64,000 nt of DNA, from NCBI RefSeq assembly GCF_963921235.1, contig NC_086097.1, positions 167,030,001 to 167,094,000 of the forward strand, given 5' to 3'. Under the pieces are notes generated by a model. It did not search any database and was not told where the DNA came from. It saw nothing but the letters and a program-made list of their open reading frames with translations. Made by a program: the position numbers and the translations under genes. The stretch comes from Mobula hypostoma (Eukaryota). Below are positions 1 through 10,447 of this stretch, piece after piece. Positions within the stretch are counted from its first letter, which is position 1. Every line of letters starts with the position of its first letter.

Positions 1-231
1 TTCATTCAAAAATCACCATGCATGACAAGCACACTCAGACGGAAGCTGCAGGCTACGGCCATCTGGAATTTCCTAAATCTTGGTGGCAGGCTAAAATTCA
101 AAAGTTAATATTGAATAATACATTTTCAAAACACAATTGGCTTCTGAGAGGGGGAAATACTGTCTAATGGACATAGCAATTGTAGGGTGTATTATTCTAT
201 GTCAACATCTCACATGTGTCAGTAATTTTAT

Positions 232-799
232 TGCAACGTGCTGTAAGGTTTCACTGCTAATGTGATGGCTTCTTTGTAATGTTCACTGCTGAGGTAACGG
301 TTTCTCTGTAGCAGCAATGTTTGGATTACGGCTGGAGATAACAGGATTCATGTTAGCCAATAAGAGATTGTTGCTGTGTCTTGTGAAGCTGGAAAAATGC
401 TTTTTTGCGGTCTTTTGTCAAGGAGAGGTGAAGAGAGAGGACACGTGTGGAGAGAGCTGGTAGACCACCAGATGCAGTGGACTGGGATCTGAGGATCAGA
501 AGGTCGGCGATGCTCGGAGGAGATTGATGGTGGAAGAAAGGCTACGGAGTGAGCCCCAACGTGAACTTTTGACTTGACTTGGGCCCTTTTTTAATTTTCA
601 TTATGAATCTTAATCTGAATATAGGGTTAGTAAATTTCAATCATTTAATTGCATATGGTGTACTGTCTGATATTTTGTGTTTGCGTTTGTAACTGGGGGT
701 ACATTACATAGCATCCACACAAACATGATTTCCCAGTTTGGCGGGGCGGAAGGCTTTTTTCTCTAGACGAACACGAGCTGGGCGAGCCTGCGGGTTACA
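232..799. mobile_element. Possible solo LTR
   Basis: Starts TG(C)AAC at 232 and ends GTTACA at 799 (TG..CA termini, short inverted ends). Flanks ttat/ttac resemble a 4-bp TSD with one mismatch. No coding capacity. Confidence 0.4.
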
Positions 800-1405
800 T
801 TACGATCCTACCCTGACAGGCACTTCAATAAAGTAAGCTTAGCATGCACATTTTCTTTGCTCCAGTTTCAGTGTGTGCATCATTCTGGGGCCTGTACCTG
901 CTCAGAGTGATATGAATCTGACTGCACTGCATTTTACAGCTGGCTCCTTTATTTCGCTCCATTCAAACAAAGCACAGCAGAGTGTTTGAGGCTCACACAC
1001 ATGCACAGTACTCTCCGCGCCAGCATAAAAGTATCAGTTACATTTTTTCACATTAGCCGCAGAGCCAACAAAACTTGCAGCTCTGCCAAAACTTAACGGT
1101 TGCAGAATGACCTTTCTCTAAATCCCAGGCAAGCCCAACCTTGCCAAGGTTTGTTTTATGATGCTTGCAAGGACAGTCAGTGAAAAATGGAGGTAATTTT
1201 GACCTGGAGGCCATCTCGCATTGTTCTCCAGAACTCAGCTGGCCTCTTCACACCTTACTTCCCCAGCAATCCCATTCCCCTTGTAACCTCACCCTACCCC
1301 ACCAATTTATCCTTTGTGATCTTCCCTAACACTGACAAAGAGGTTTCAGTGACATACTCAATACGAACGCTGACAAGTACAGCAGAGTAACATAAAGAAC
1401 AATAC

Positions 1406-1443
1406 CTTGTCGATCCTTTCTTGGGCAATAATCACAAAATATG
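1406..1443 (-). other. Candidate 38-nt exon of an unidentified host gene
   Basis: Minus strand reads T10-gtgatcacag|CATATTTTGTGATTATTGCCCAAGAAAGGATCGACAAG|gtattg, in sequence where I recognised no repeat. Two frames are open (YFVIIAQERIDK or IFCDYCPRKDRQ). Peptide not recognised. Confidence 0.25.
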
Positions 1444-1769
1444 CTGTGATCACAAAAAAAAAACACTTGTGTAAGAACTGTGAAATAAAAAGCAGATGTT
1501 TTGGATTGTGTGGCTATTGATGACAGAAAGTCTGTAGCAGAATAAACAGTTAGAAAATATATAGCACAGTAGCTCTCTTCAATTCTCATACTGCATTCCT
1601 ACACGTTCAATATAAAGGCCCAGCAACATAATGACATCTAATATTTTGCATTTATTGTCATTATAGTTCATTTTAGTTTTCAGAAGTTTAATTTTCCATG
1701 TTGTCATGCACAACCTGTAATACAGATCTGTATTTCACAATTTTTGATGTTGAGAGCAAGTGGGGAGAG

Positions 1770-2070
1770 AGAAGAGGGAGCAGAGGCTGAGAATACAGTG
1801 TTGCCCATTTAATAGTGAAATAAGGAGGAATTTCCTCTCTCCCAGGGTCTTGAATCTTTGGAATCCTTGATCTCAACAGCTGTAGTGTCTGAATCACTGA
1901 ATACATTCAAGTTTATGCTGGACAGAATTTTGGACTGTAAAGGATTTAAGGGTTATGGAGAACTGGCCAAAACTGAAGGTGGAATTGAAGCCAAGACTAG
2001 ATCAACCATCATCTCACTGAATGGCAGCAGAGGCTTGAGGGGTTACAATGCCTACGCCTGCTCCTTAGGT
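1770..2070 (+). mobile_element. Degenerate CR1 LINE 3' end
   Basis: gtcttgaatctttggaat...aagggttatggagaa...agatcaaccat...gaatggc...cctgctcct resembles other CR1 3' ends in the window, e.g. near 23690-23870. Confidence 0.6.
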
Positions 2071-3109
2071 ACCCATGAGAGACATACAGTGAATTGAAAG
2101 TAATGAGATAAACATCAAGGCGTAGGTTTAAGTTAGGAAACATTGACAGAGAGGAGAGTTAATAAATCAAGTCAATAAACTTGTTGATGTTATCTCTATT
2201 TCTCTCTTTGTGGATGCTGTCTAAACTGCTAAGTATTTCCAAAGTTGTCTGTTTTATTCAGATTTACAGCATCTGCCCTATTATAGTGATTTATGGTTAT
2301 GGATTTATGATACAAGGATTAGAGGGAAGATGAAGAAACTTATTTTTTTCACAGAAGCATGGCAGAGGTCAAGAGCACACTGGAGGCAAAAATTCTCATC
2401 ATATTTAAAAGATTACTGCACCAAGGGCATGGACCAAGAGCTGGGATCGATCCCATGAGTGTTCAACTGGTATGAATGCGATGATCCAGCTGGCTTCTTG
2501 GTGCACTGTAAACTTCTATATTTTTATCATCTTTGGGCATTGTTCCTGGGAATCATTTTTTTTAAATATATTCCTTCTCAGAATATGGATCCCTATGGCA
2601 GTATATAATTCACTATTCCATTATTTGGAAATCTTGATGGTACAGCTTTGGTGCACCTGTTTCAATTGTCCACGCACTCTTTACACTCACCTGACTTACT
2701 GGAAAACTCATTACACTGTGATATATTACCCTCAAAGGAGTAAATTAAACTTTTGTTGCTGTATTAATAGGAGTAAATTCCAATAGTTTTAAAAATCTAC
2801 CTGCCCAGCACCACCAGTGTCTCAAGACTATTGGATTATCAGACATGTCACTCATTAGTTGCCCTTAATGTGACAATGGATTTTCTCTCTCTATTTCCAA
2901 ACTCCCTTAGACTTATTCCTGGTAGCACTTACTTGATGAAGGCATTTGAATTTACAATCATGATTAGCTGGTTAGGTTGCCAGGTATTTAATTTTTTTTT
3001 AAGTTGTATCGTTACCAAACACTTTATGGCCCAAATGTTGGTTGGCATCTACTAGCCTTTGTGTTTACAAGTTCTTGCCCAGATTCTGGATTATCCAAGA
3101 CATTACACT

Positions 3110-3545
3110 CAGTAAGAAACTGCAGAGAACTGTGGACACAGCCCAGCATATCAAAGAAAGCCATGAACTCTGTCCATACCTCTCCCGGCCTCAGTAGTCA
3201 AAGACCCCAGCTCCCCTCTCCCATCAGTTAGAAGATTTAAAAGGCTGAAAGCATGAATCAGCAGGGTCAAGGACAGCTTCTCTCCCACTGTTATATGATT
3301 ACTGACTGGTTTCCTAGCATGATAACATGGATTCTTGACCACACAAAATACCTGGTTATGCATCTTTTTGTTTACCTGCATTACACTTTCTCTGTAACTG
3401 TTGCATTTCATTCTGCTTTCTGTGTGGCTTTCCCTTGTACTACCTTAATGCACTGTTCTAATGAAATGATCTGGGTGGATGGCATGGCAAAACAAAGTTT
3501 TCACTGTACCTCAGCACAGATGACAATAATAAACAATTTACCAGT
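3110..3545 (+). mobile_element. Rex1/Babar LINE 3' fragment
   Basis: Degenerate KKLQR.V.TAQ.I and LPS..R motifs, followed by a 3' UTR ending tgacaataataaac. Confidence 0.6.
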
Positions 3546-3659
3546 TTACGGGTGAAGCATTGAAACCACCAAAGAAAAACTCACAATGGAGGGAAGGTGA
3601 TTGGAAGCTGAATTAAACCTCAAAAATATTCTCCATCATAGTTTTCACTAAAGTAATAA

Positions 3660-3815
3660 ACACAAGAGTTTCTGCAGATGTTGGAAACCCAGAGCAACAC
3701 ACACAAAATGGTGGAGGAACTCAGTTGGTCAGAGAGCATCCATGGAAATGAATAAACAGGTTGATGTTTCGGGCTGAGACCCTTCATCAGGACTGGAAAG
3801 GAAGGGGGAAGATAC
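3660..3815 (-). mobile_element. Penelope-like terminal repeat (pLTR) fragment with hammerhead motif
   Basis: Minus strand 3757-3796 reads ccagtc-CTGATGA-agggtctcagccc-GAAA-cATC. The flank matches the gatgctgcc..ctgagttcctcca..ccagcatctgcag repeat family. Confidence 0.7.
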
Positions 3816-4179
3816 TAATGTAGCTTCCTTGTTCATAAAACCAACTCCAGTCAGGGGAAAAGACATGCATTAGTGCTAAAATTTAAAAAACACAGAAAAA
3901 TCCTTGAAACATTCAGTGGGTCAGGCAGCTTCTATGGAAAAAGAAAGAGTCATGTGAAAAACTCTTTAATGATTTTTGTTGTTTGTTTTCATGTCATAAC
4001 TGTTGTCTGACCTTCTCATCGCTGCCCAAAGCAGATGTCGAGGGCAGTCATAGCCGCAAAGGATTTTAACAATTTATAAACAGCACAGAAATTTGTCATG
4101 GGTATTAATTGAAGTTGCTCGGAAGTCAGCCATTTTTGCATTTACTTTGCAACTTGGTATCCACTTAGAGCTTTTGGTG

Positions 4180-5600
4180 ATAGAACATATAACAGTACAG
4201 CAGAGGAACAGTCTAGTCAGCCAACAGTGTTGAGAGTAACAAATTAAATTAGTAATCAAATGGCCAACTAAACTAATCTCTTCTACCTACACAATGCCCA
4301 TATTTTCATTTTCCTCACATTCATGAGCCTATCTAAACATTTCTTAAAAGTCTCTAATATTTCTGCTTCTACCACCACCCCATGCAAGATAGTCCAGCTA
4401 ACCACCGCTCTGTGTAAAGAACTTGCCCTACATCTCCTTTGAAATTACCTCCTCTCATATTAAATGCATGCCCTCTGGGATTAGACATTTCAACCCTGGG
4501 AAAAAGATATTGTCTGACTGCTCTATCCATCTCTTCATCTTTTTTTTTTAAAAGATTAGATTATGAGGACATGCAGTCCTCTTTTATTGTCATTAAGTAA
4601 TGCATGCATTAAGAAATGATACAATATTCCTCCAGTGTGATATCACAAAAAAAAAACACAGGGCAGACCAAGACTGAAAAACTAACAAAACCACATAATT
4701 ATAACATATAGTTACAACAGTGCAACAATACCATAACTTGATGAAGAACAGTCCATGGCACAGTAAAAAGAAGTTCAAAGTTTCTCGAAAGTCCAACATC
4801 TCATGCAGATGGAAGAAGGAAGAAAACACTCCCTGCCATGCCCGACCACAGTCCGACTCCGAGTCATCCGAAAACTTTGAGCTCTGATCAGCCCTCCGAC
4901 ACCGAATACCGAGCACCATCTCTATCCGAACATTTCGACCTCAGCCTCGTTCACTCGCAGCAGGCGAAGCCACGGATTTTGGGGCCTTCCCTCCAGAGAA
5001 TCTCGATCGAACAGTAGCAATGGCAGAGAAACCAGGCATTTCAGAAATTTCTCCAGATGTTCCTCTGCTTCTCACGTCTGTCTTCATCAAATCAGAATTG
5101 ACCACGGCCCCTATTTAACAGATACGATATCATTTCATCGGAGAGCTGTGCGCGCTACGTCACGCTGTCATCTTCTCCTCCCACCTCATATGCCTTATAA
5201 ACCTCTATGTGATCTCCCCTCAGCCTCCACCACTCCAGAGAAAACAAACCAATCTGGTCCAACCTCTTGTTATAGCACATGCCCTCTAACTTAAGCAACA
5301 TCCTGGTAACCCTCTTCTGCACCCTCTCCAAAGCTTCAACATCCTCCCTATAATGGGGTAGAACTGTTTGCAATATGCCAAATGCAGCCTAATGAATTTT
5401 ATAAAACTTCAACTTACTGACCTTTGAACTCAGTGCCTTGTCTAATAAAGGTGAACACGCCATATACCTTCTTAGTCACCTATTAAACTGTGCAATCACT
5501 TTCAGTGGCTATGACCTTGGACCCCAAGATCCCTCTGGTCATCAACACTGTTAAAGGTCTTGTGTTTAACAGTGTAATGTCTCTTTACATTTGACCTACC
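4180..5600 (-). mobile_element. CR1 LINE 3' part, split by an insertion at about 4540-5181
   Basis: ORF 5155..5373 (PHYREDVEALERVQKRVTRML..GLFSLE..RLRGD.IEVYK) is the CR1 ORF2 C-terminus. Homology resumes left of 4540. Confidence 0.85.
4540..5181 (-). mobile_element. Non-autonomous retroelement with Rex1-type 3' tail
   Basis: Interrupts the CR1. Minus strand starts ggaggagaagatgacagcg, has a CpG-rich non-coding body, and ends tgacaataaaagaggactgcatgtcctcataatctaatc. Confidence 0.55.
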
Positions 5601-6437
5601 CAGTTATTTGGTACAGTGAATGCCTTAATAGGGTTTGTGGGTGCTAAATGCTGCACATTAAGAAGAAGAAAACTGAAGTGGCCTCCAAATTTTGTGTAAA
5701 GTAGTTCATAACGTATTCTTTCTTAGAGTGGTTTTCTATGCAAACATTACACACCACAAATTTAAAACTTCAGGGTGGATTAAAGGCCCAAAGAGCTTAA
5801 GTTCAGTAAGGAAGGATTCGAAGTAGGAAAGAAGTCTGCTTAACCCTTTGGAAGAATGCACTCGAGAAGATTATTATCCGATTTTGATGACCAATGTCTT
5901 TATTAATTCAAAGACATTTTATTGTTATAATAAAAAGCAACTTACATCAGATAACCTAAAGCAATACCTCAGCAAAGATAGGTAAACCTCTGATACTATG
6001 TACTCACATGGAGACATATTCCATTTCCTGCATGTGGCTACAGGAAAATCTATAGCTGCAACAGAAGCTATTGCTAGTTCACAAAATCTTCCTCTTGGTC
6101 AGAATCACTGTTAAGCTGAGCTTGAAGAAAGGAAGATTCTAAATAGTAACTATGATGAATACTGTCTTGAGGATACAACTGATGATGTAAAGTACAACAG
6201 TATGAAATAATAGCCTGTTCTACATCTTTCCCTATTCTATTATTTTCAGGGAATTTGGACATCACTGGAATGGCCTGAATTACTCATTACTCAAACTGAG
6301 TTGTCTATTTGGTCATTTCAGAGGGTACTTGAGAGACAATGATGTGGCAAGGGGATAAAAGAGACTGCACATAGAGGAATCTGGAGGAACAAATGATTGC
6401 TTCAGAAACTTAGCAGGTCAAGGTGTGTGTGTGTTTT

Positions 6438-6645
6438 GAGAGAGAGGGGGGAGGGAGAGAGGGGGGAGGGAGAGAGGGAGAGAGGGAGAGAGGGAGAGAG
6501 GGAGAGAGGGAGAGAGGGAGAGAGGGAGAGAGGGAGAGAGGGAGAGAGGGAGAGAGGGAGAGAGGGAGAGAGGGAGAGAGGGAGAGAGGGAGAGAGGGAG
6601 AGAGGGAGAGAGGGAGAGAGGGAGAGAGGGAGAGAGGGAGAGAGG

Positions 6646-6681
<36 letters not shown>
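6438..6681. repeat. Compound microsatellite (GGGAGAGA)n followed by (TG)n
   Basis: Pure-purine 8-mer array 6438-6648 abutting a TG run 6649-6681. Confidence 0.97.
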
Positions 6682-6683
<2 letters not shown>

Positions 6684-6689
6684 ATAAGA

Positions 6690-7265
6690 ATTACAGTCAT
6701 AGAAAAGTACACACAGAAACTAGCCCTTCAGCCTATCTACTCTGTGCCAAACCATTTAAATAGCCTACTCCCATCAACCTGCACTGGGACCATAGCCCTC
6801 TATATTACCATCTGCTTATGTGTCCAAACTTCTCTTAGACATTGAAATCAAGCTTGCATGCAACATTTGTGCTTGCAGTTCACTCTACACTTTCACAGCT
6901 CTCTGAGTGAAGAAGTTTCCCCTCATGTTTCCCTTAAACTTTTCACCTTTTCACCCTTAACCCGTGACCTCTGGTTATAGACCAACAAAATTTCAATGGA
7001 AAAAGCCTGCTTGCATTTACCCTATCTATACCCTTATAATGTTGTATACCTCTATCAAATCTCCTCTCAATCTTCTATATTTCAAGGAATAAAGTCCTAA
7101 CCTATTCAACCTTTCTTTATAACTCAGGTCCTCCAGACCCAGCAACATCCTTGTAAATTTTCTCTGTACTCTTTCAACCTTATTTACATTTTTCCAGTAG
7201 GTAGGTGACCAAAACTGCACACAATACTCCAAATTAGGCCTCACCAATGTCGTATACAACTTCAA
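6690..7265 (-). mobile_element. CR1 LINE 3' fragment
   Basis: ORF 7026..7265 LYTTLVRPNLEYCVQFWSP..ERVQRKFTRML..RRLRGDLIEVY, plus 3' UTR. Confidence 0.92.
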
Positions 7266-9159
7266 TTGAATAGAGTCATGTGTAAGGATGGCAGATGAAA
7301 ATCACTGGTGAACTAGATGTATTTTTATAACCATCATCATTCTTAAAATGGTCATAGTTTGCAAAGTATTACCTGAATTTAAATTCCACAGCTGTCAACA
7401 GTGGGAACTGAATTTGGGTCTCTGGATTGTTCATCCAGGTCACTCCACTACGAGTCCAGTAAATTAATCACTGTCACCACTATGCTCAGTCTACCTGACG
7501 GTATTGTTATCACCTGGATCTGAAGGTTTCACCATTACTTGTAGTCTATGAACAAAGAAATTCCCTCAGTCATTGATACACTATAATGCTATAATGTATT
7601 ATACACAAGAATTCGTATTGAAGAAATCTTCATTACATTTATTCCAGGAGGTTAATTTTGAAATACATTAAGTCAGTTCTGTATCCCTTTCCAGCCAATT
7701 TTGGGCACTCAGTATGATGCAAAGTTAGAACATAATCTTATTTTGCTCTCACGCACATCAATTCCCCTCTGAAACTCCTGCTGCCAGAAGCTCAAAGAAG
7801 CCCTGCATCAGCATTGCAAGTGGACCACCTCACACAAACTATTTGTCCTTTTGGTCATCTCTGCTCTATTTGTGGAAGAGCAGATTGCTAATTCCCACAT
7901 TGGCCCAATTTACCGCCTTGAACACAAAAATGGGAAGGAAGCATATCATTCCTGATCTCAAGGAGCTCCCTTAGGTGACAAAGTCATGCTGTAGGAAAGA
8001 AGTTTTTACAATTTCACTGACAATCCACTTTAATCAGCATTACATTTTGGATGTGAACGTACACTTTATTGCTCTACAGATTCTGAAAACATTCCATAAT
8101 CCACTATAAAAAGTACTGTCTATTTATTTAAGCTTTCATTAAAGAAGACCCCAAAGAAGTTTTGTGCACCAAAGTTTCATGATATACCGGTAGTTGCAAC
8201 TTCTGCATGTTACAAGCTAAAACATATCTGCAGAGATTCAAAGTCCAATAATGATAATGGCCAAATTTATTTTCTTAGAAAATCCTTTGTCAATATTGTT
8301 AATGTATATTGATTTCTGGAACTTCTCATTAAATATTTATTAGAAAATGTAAAAATATGTTTGCTGTTCATACTGACTTTTTTATTGTGCTATGCACCAT
8401 CTGCTGATGTGAATGGGACAGAAGAATCAGGTACAACAGTGGAAATCAGAATCCGGTTTTTTTTAAAAAACACTGACATACAATATGTTGTCCAATGTAC
8501 TGTACAGTGGCAGCAGTACAGTGGAAGAAAAACTACTATACAATTTATAGTAAAACTATTATGTACTTATAGTATTATACAAGTCAAGTGAAACATAAAC
8601 AATGCAAAATGTAAATAATGAGATACTGCTCATGGAATTTTCAGACATCTGATGGCACTGGAGAAGAAATTGTTCCTAAAATTTTGAGCTTGGTTCTTCA
8701 GGCTCCTGTACCAATTCATCAATGGTGGTGATGCAAAGAGGGCATGTCCATACAGTGAGCATCTTTAATGATGGATGTTGCCCTCTTGACCACTCAATTG
8801 TGGGGAGAGTTTGGCCTCTGTGACCTGTTCCCCAATTTAATAAGAAAGTGACTGACCTAAATAGGGTGGATAGTGAGACACCTTTCCTCATAAGGAAGAT
8901 ATCTAAAACTAGAGGGAATCAGATTTAAAGTGAGTTAGAAAGTTAGGATCTGAGAGAAGTAAGCATGTCACCAAGAGCTTGACTGCAGTCTGAAACACTC
9001 TGCCTGAGGATGTGCTGGAGCCAGGTACTCTCACAACATCTGGATGAGCGCTTGAATCACCAAGGCAAAGGAGGCCAGTGCGGGTAAATGGGATCGGAAT
9101 AGATGGTTATCATGGACACCATGGGCCAAAGGTTGTATGACTCCATGACTTTATAACTA

Positions 9160-9790
9160 TCACCACCACCATCATCATTTATGATGTGGGCAGTCATGGC
9201 CTTCCCTGTCTTTAATTTGAGAAGCTCTTCAAAACTTCTGCTTGTCCATCCTTTGATGCATCTCATGAATGTCATACTCTGTTGACTGCAACTTTTTCTT
9301 CTATCAATTTTCCCATCATTGCAAGATGTTTGAGCTTTTCTTTCTTCAGTAAATGCCCCAGAAATTCCAGCTGCTGTTTCCTGACTGATGATATCAGCTC
9401 TCTTCTTGTTCCCACTTTTTGCAACACTTCTTCATTTGCTACTCAGGCCTTCCATGATATTTTCATCACCCTCCTCAAAAGCCACATTTCTGCATCTTTG
9501 AGCCTGCCCTCATTTTGCTTTGATATTGTCTGACATTTGCTTCCATATGTTAGTGTGGAATGAACATAGCACCACAACATTCTGAGTTTCGTACCCATAG
9601 AAATTACGTTATTCTTTAGTGTCTTGCCCAAGCACTCAAATGTGTACTTAGCAATCCCAATCCTTCTAACTTCAACGTCAGCCCTACCGTCAGACATTAC
9701 GGTGCTCCCTAAGTAATTGAACGTCCATGTTTGCTTCATTGCCCACATTCAGTGTGCATTTTTGTATTTCTCTCTTCTTTGTGTCATTCA
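9160..9790 (-). mobile_element. RTE LINE 3' part (RT C-terminus, thumb, tail)
   Basis: ORF 9443..9748 FNYLGS..SDG...EV.RRIGIAK..F...K...TK.R.L.CYV.S.L.YG...EMW.LRR..KISW. Ends in a (GAT/GGT)n tail near 9160-9178. Confidence 0.8.
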
Positions 9791-9914
9791 TTCTTTGGGG
9801 CACTCCTCTGCTGTCATGGATGTTTGTGATGAAAAGGAATTTCAGGATGTATGTTGTATACATTTCTCTGACATTAAATGTATCTATTGAAACCTATTGA
9901 AACAATACATTCAG

Positions 9915-10447
9915 TCTTCGTGCAGTGGATGGTCAATCCTCTCTTTGCACTTTCTTCGACGACTTTGGTATTGTGAAGGTCCTGCTACAAATCATCACGA
10001 TGACAGAAAAAGCAAGAAACCCAAGACTGCACAAGAGCAGTGTGGTTTCATTGAAGATAAAGTAACGCAAATCCCTTAAAATGATTTGTGAACGCACCAT
10101 AGAGGTCCAGAAAGACCTATATCTATGTTTCATAGATTATATCAAAGCTTTTGATAATGAATTTATTACACTTGGACATCATAGGAAAGAGAATCAAAAT
10201 CATCAGAAATGTTGCATTAGGAACAAAGAGCAGGAATGAGAGTTGAAAATGAGACAGGTGACTTTGTCCAGATTAAGAGGGGAGTCAGACAGGGCTGCGT
10301 CCTCTTGTCTGACCAATTCATTCTTTATAGCAAGAAGATTCTAAGGGAAATTAGCAGTATTCCAGGCATGATAATTGGTGGGCGCAATTTGAACAAGTCA
10401 CGCTATGCAGGCACATATCTAAAGAGAAGCTCCAAGAAATACTAGAT
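9915..10447 (+). mobile_element. RTE LINE RT fragment (N-terminal RT motifs), opposite strand to the adjacent 3' part
   Basis: EQCGF, ERTIEVQKDLYLCFIDY.KAFD, IKRGVRQGCVL and IGGRNLN..RYA motifs across frameshifts. Confidence 0.8.

Noticed and set aside
6397..6845. RE/G-rich and SLP-rich ORFs
   Set aside because: Translations of a simple repeat.
8393..8407. CTCF-like motif (minus strand tcagcagatggtgca)
   Set aside because: A single short match is expected by chance in 64 kb, and there is no supporting evidence.
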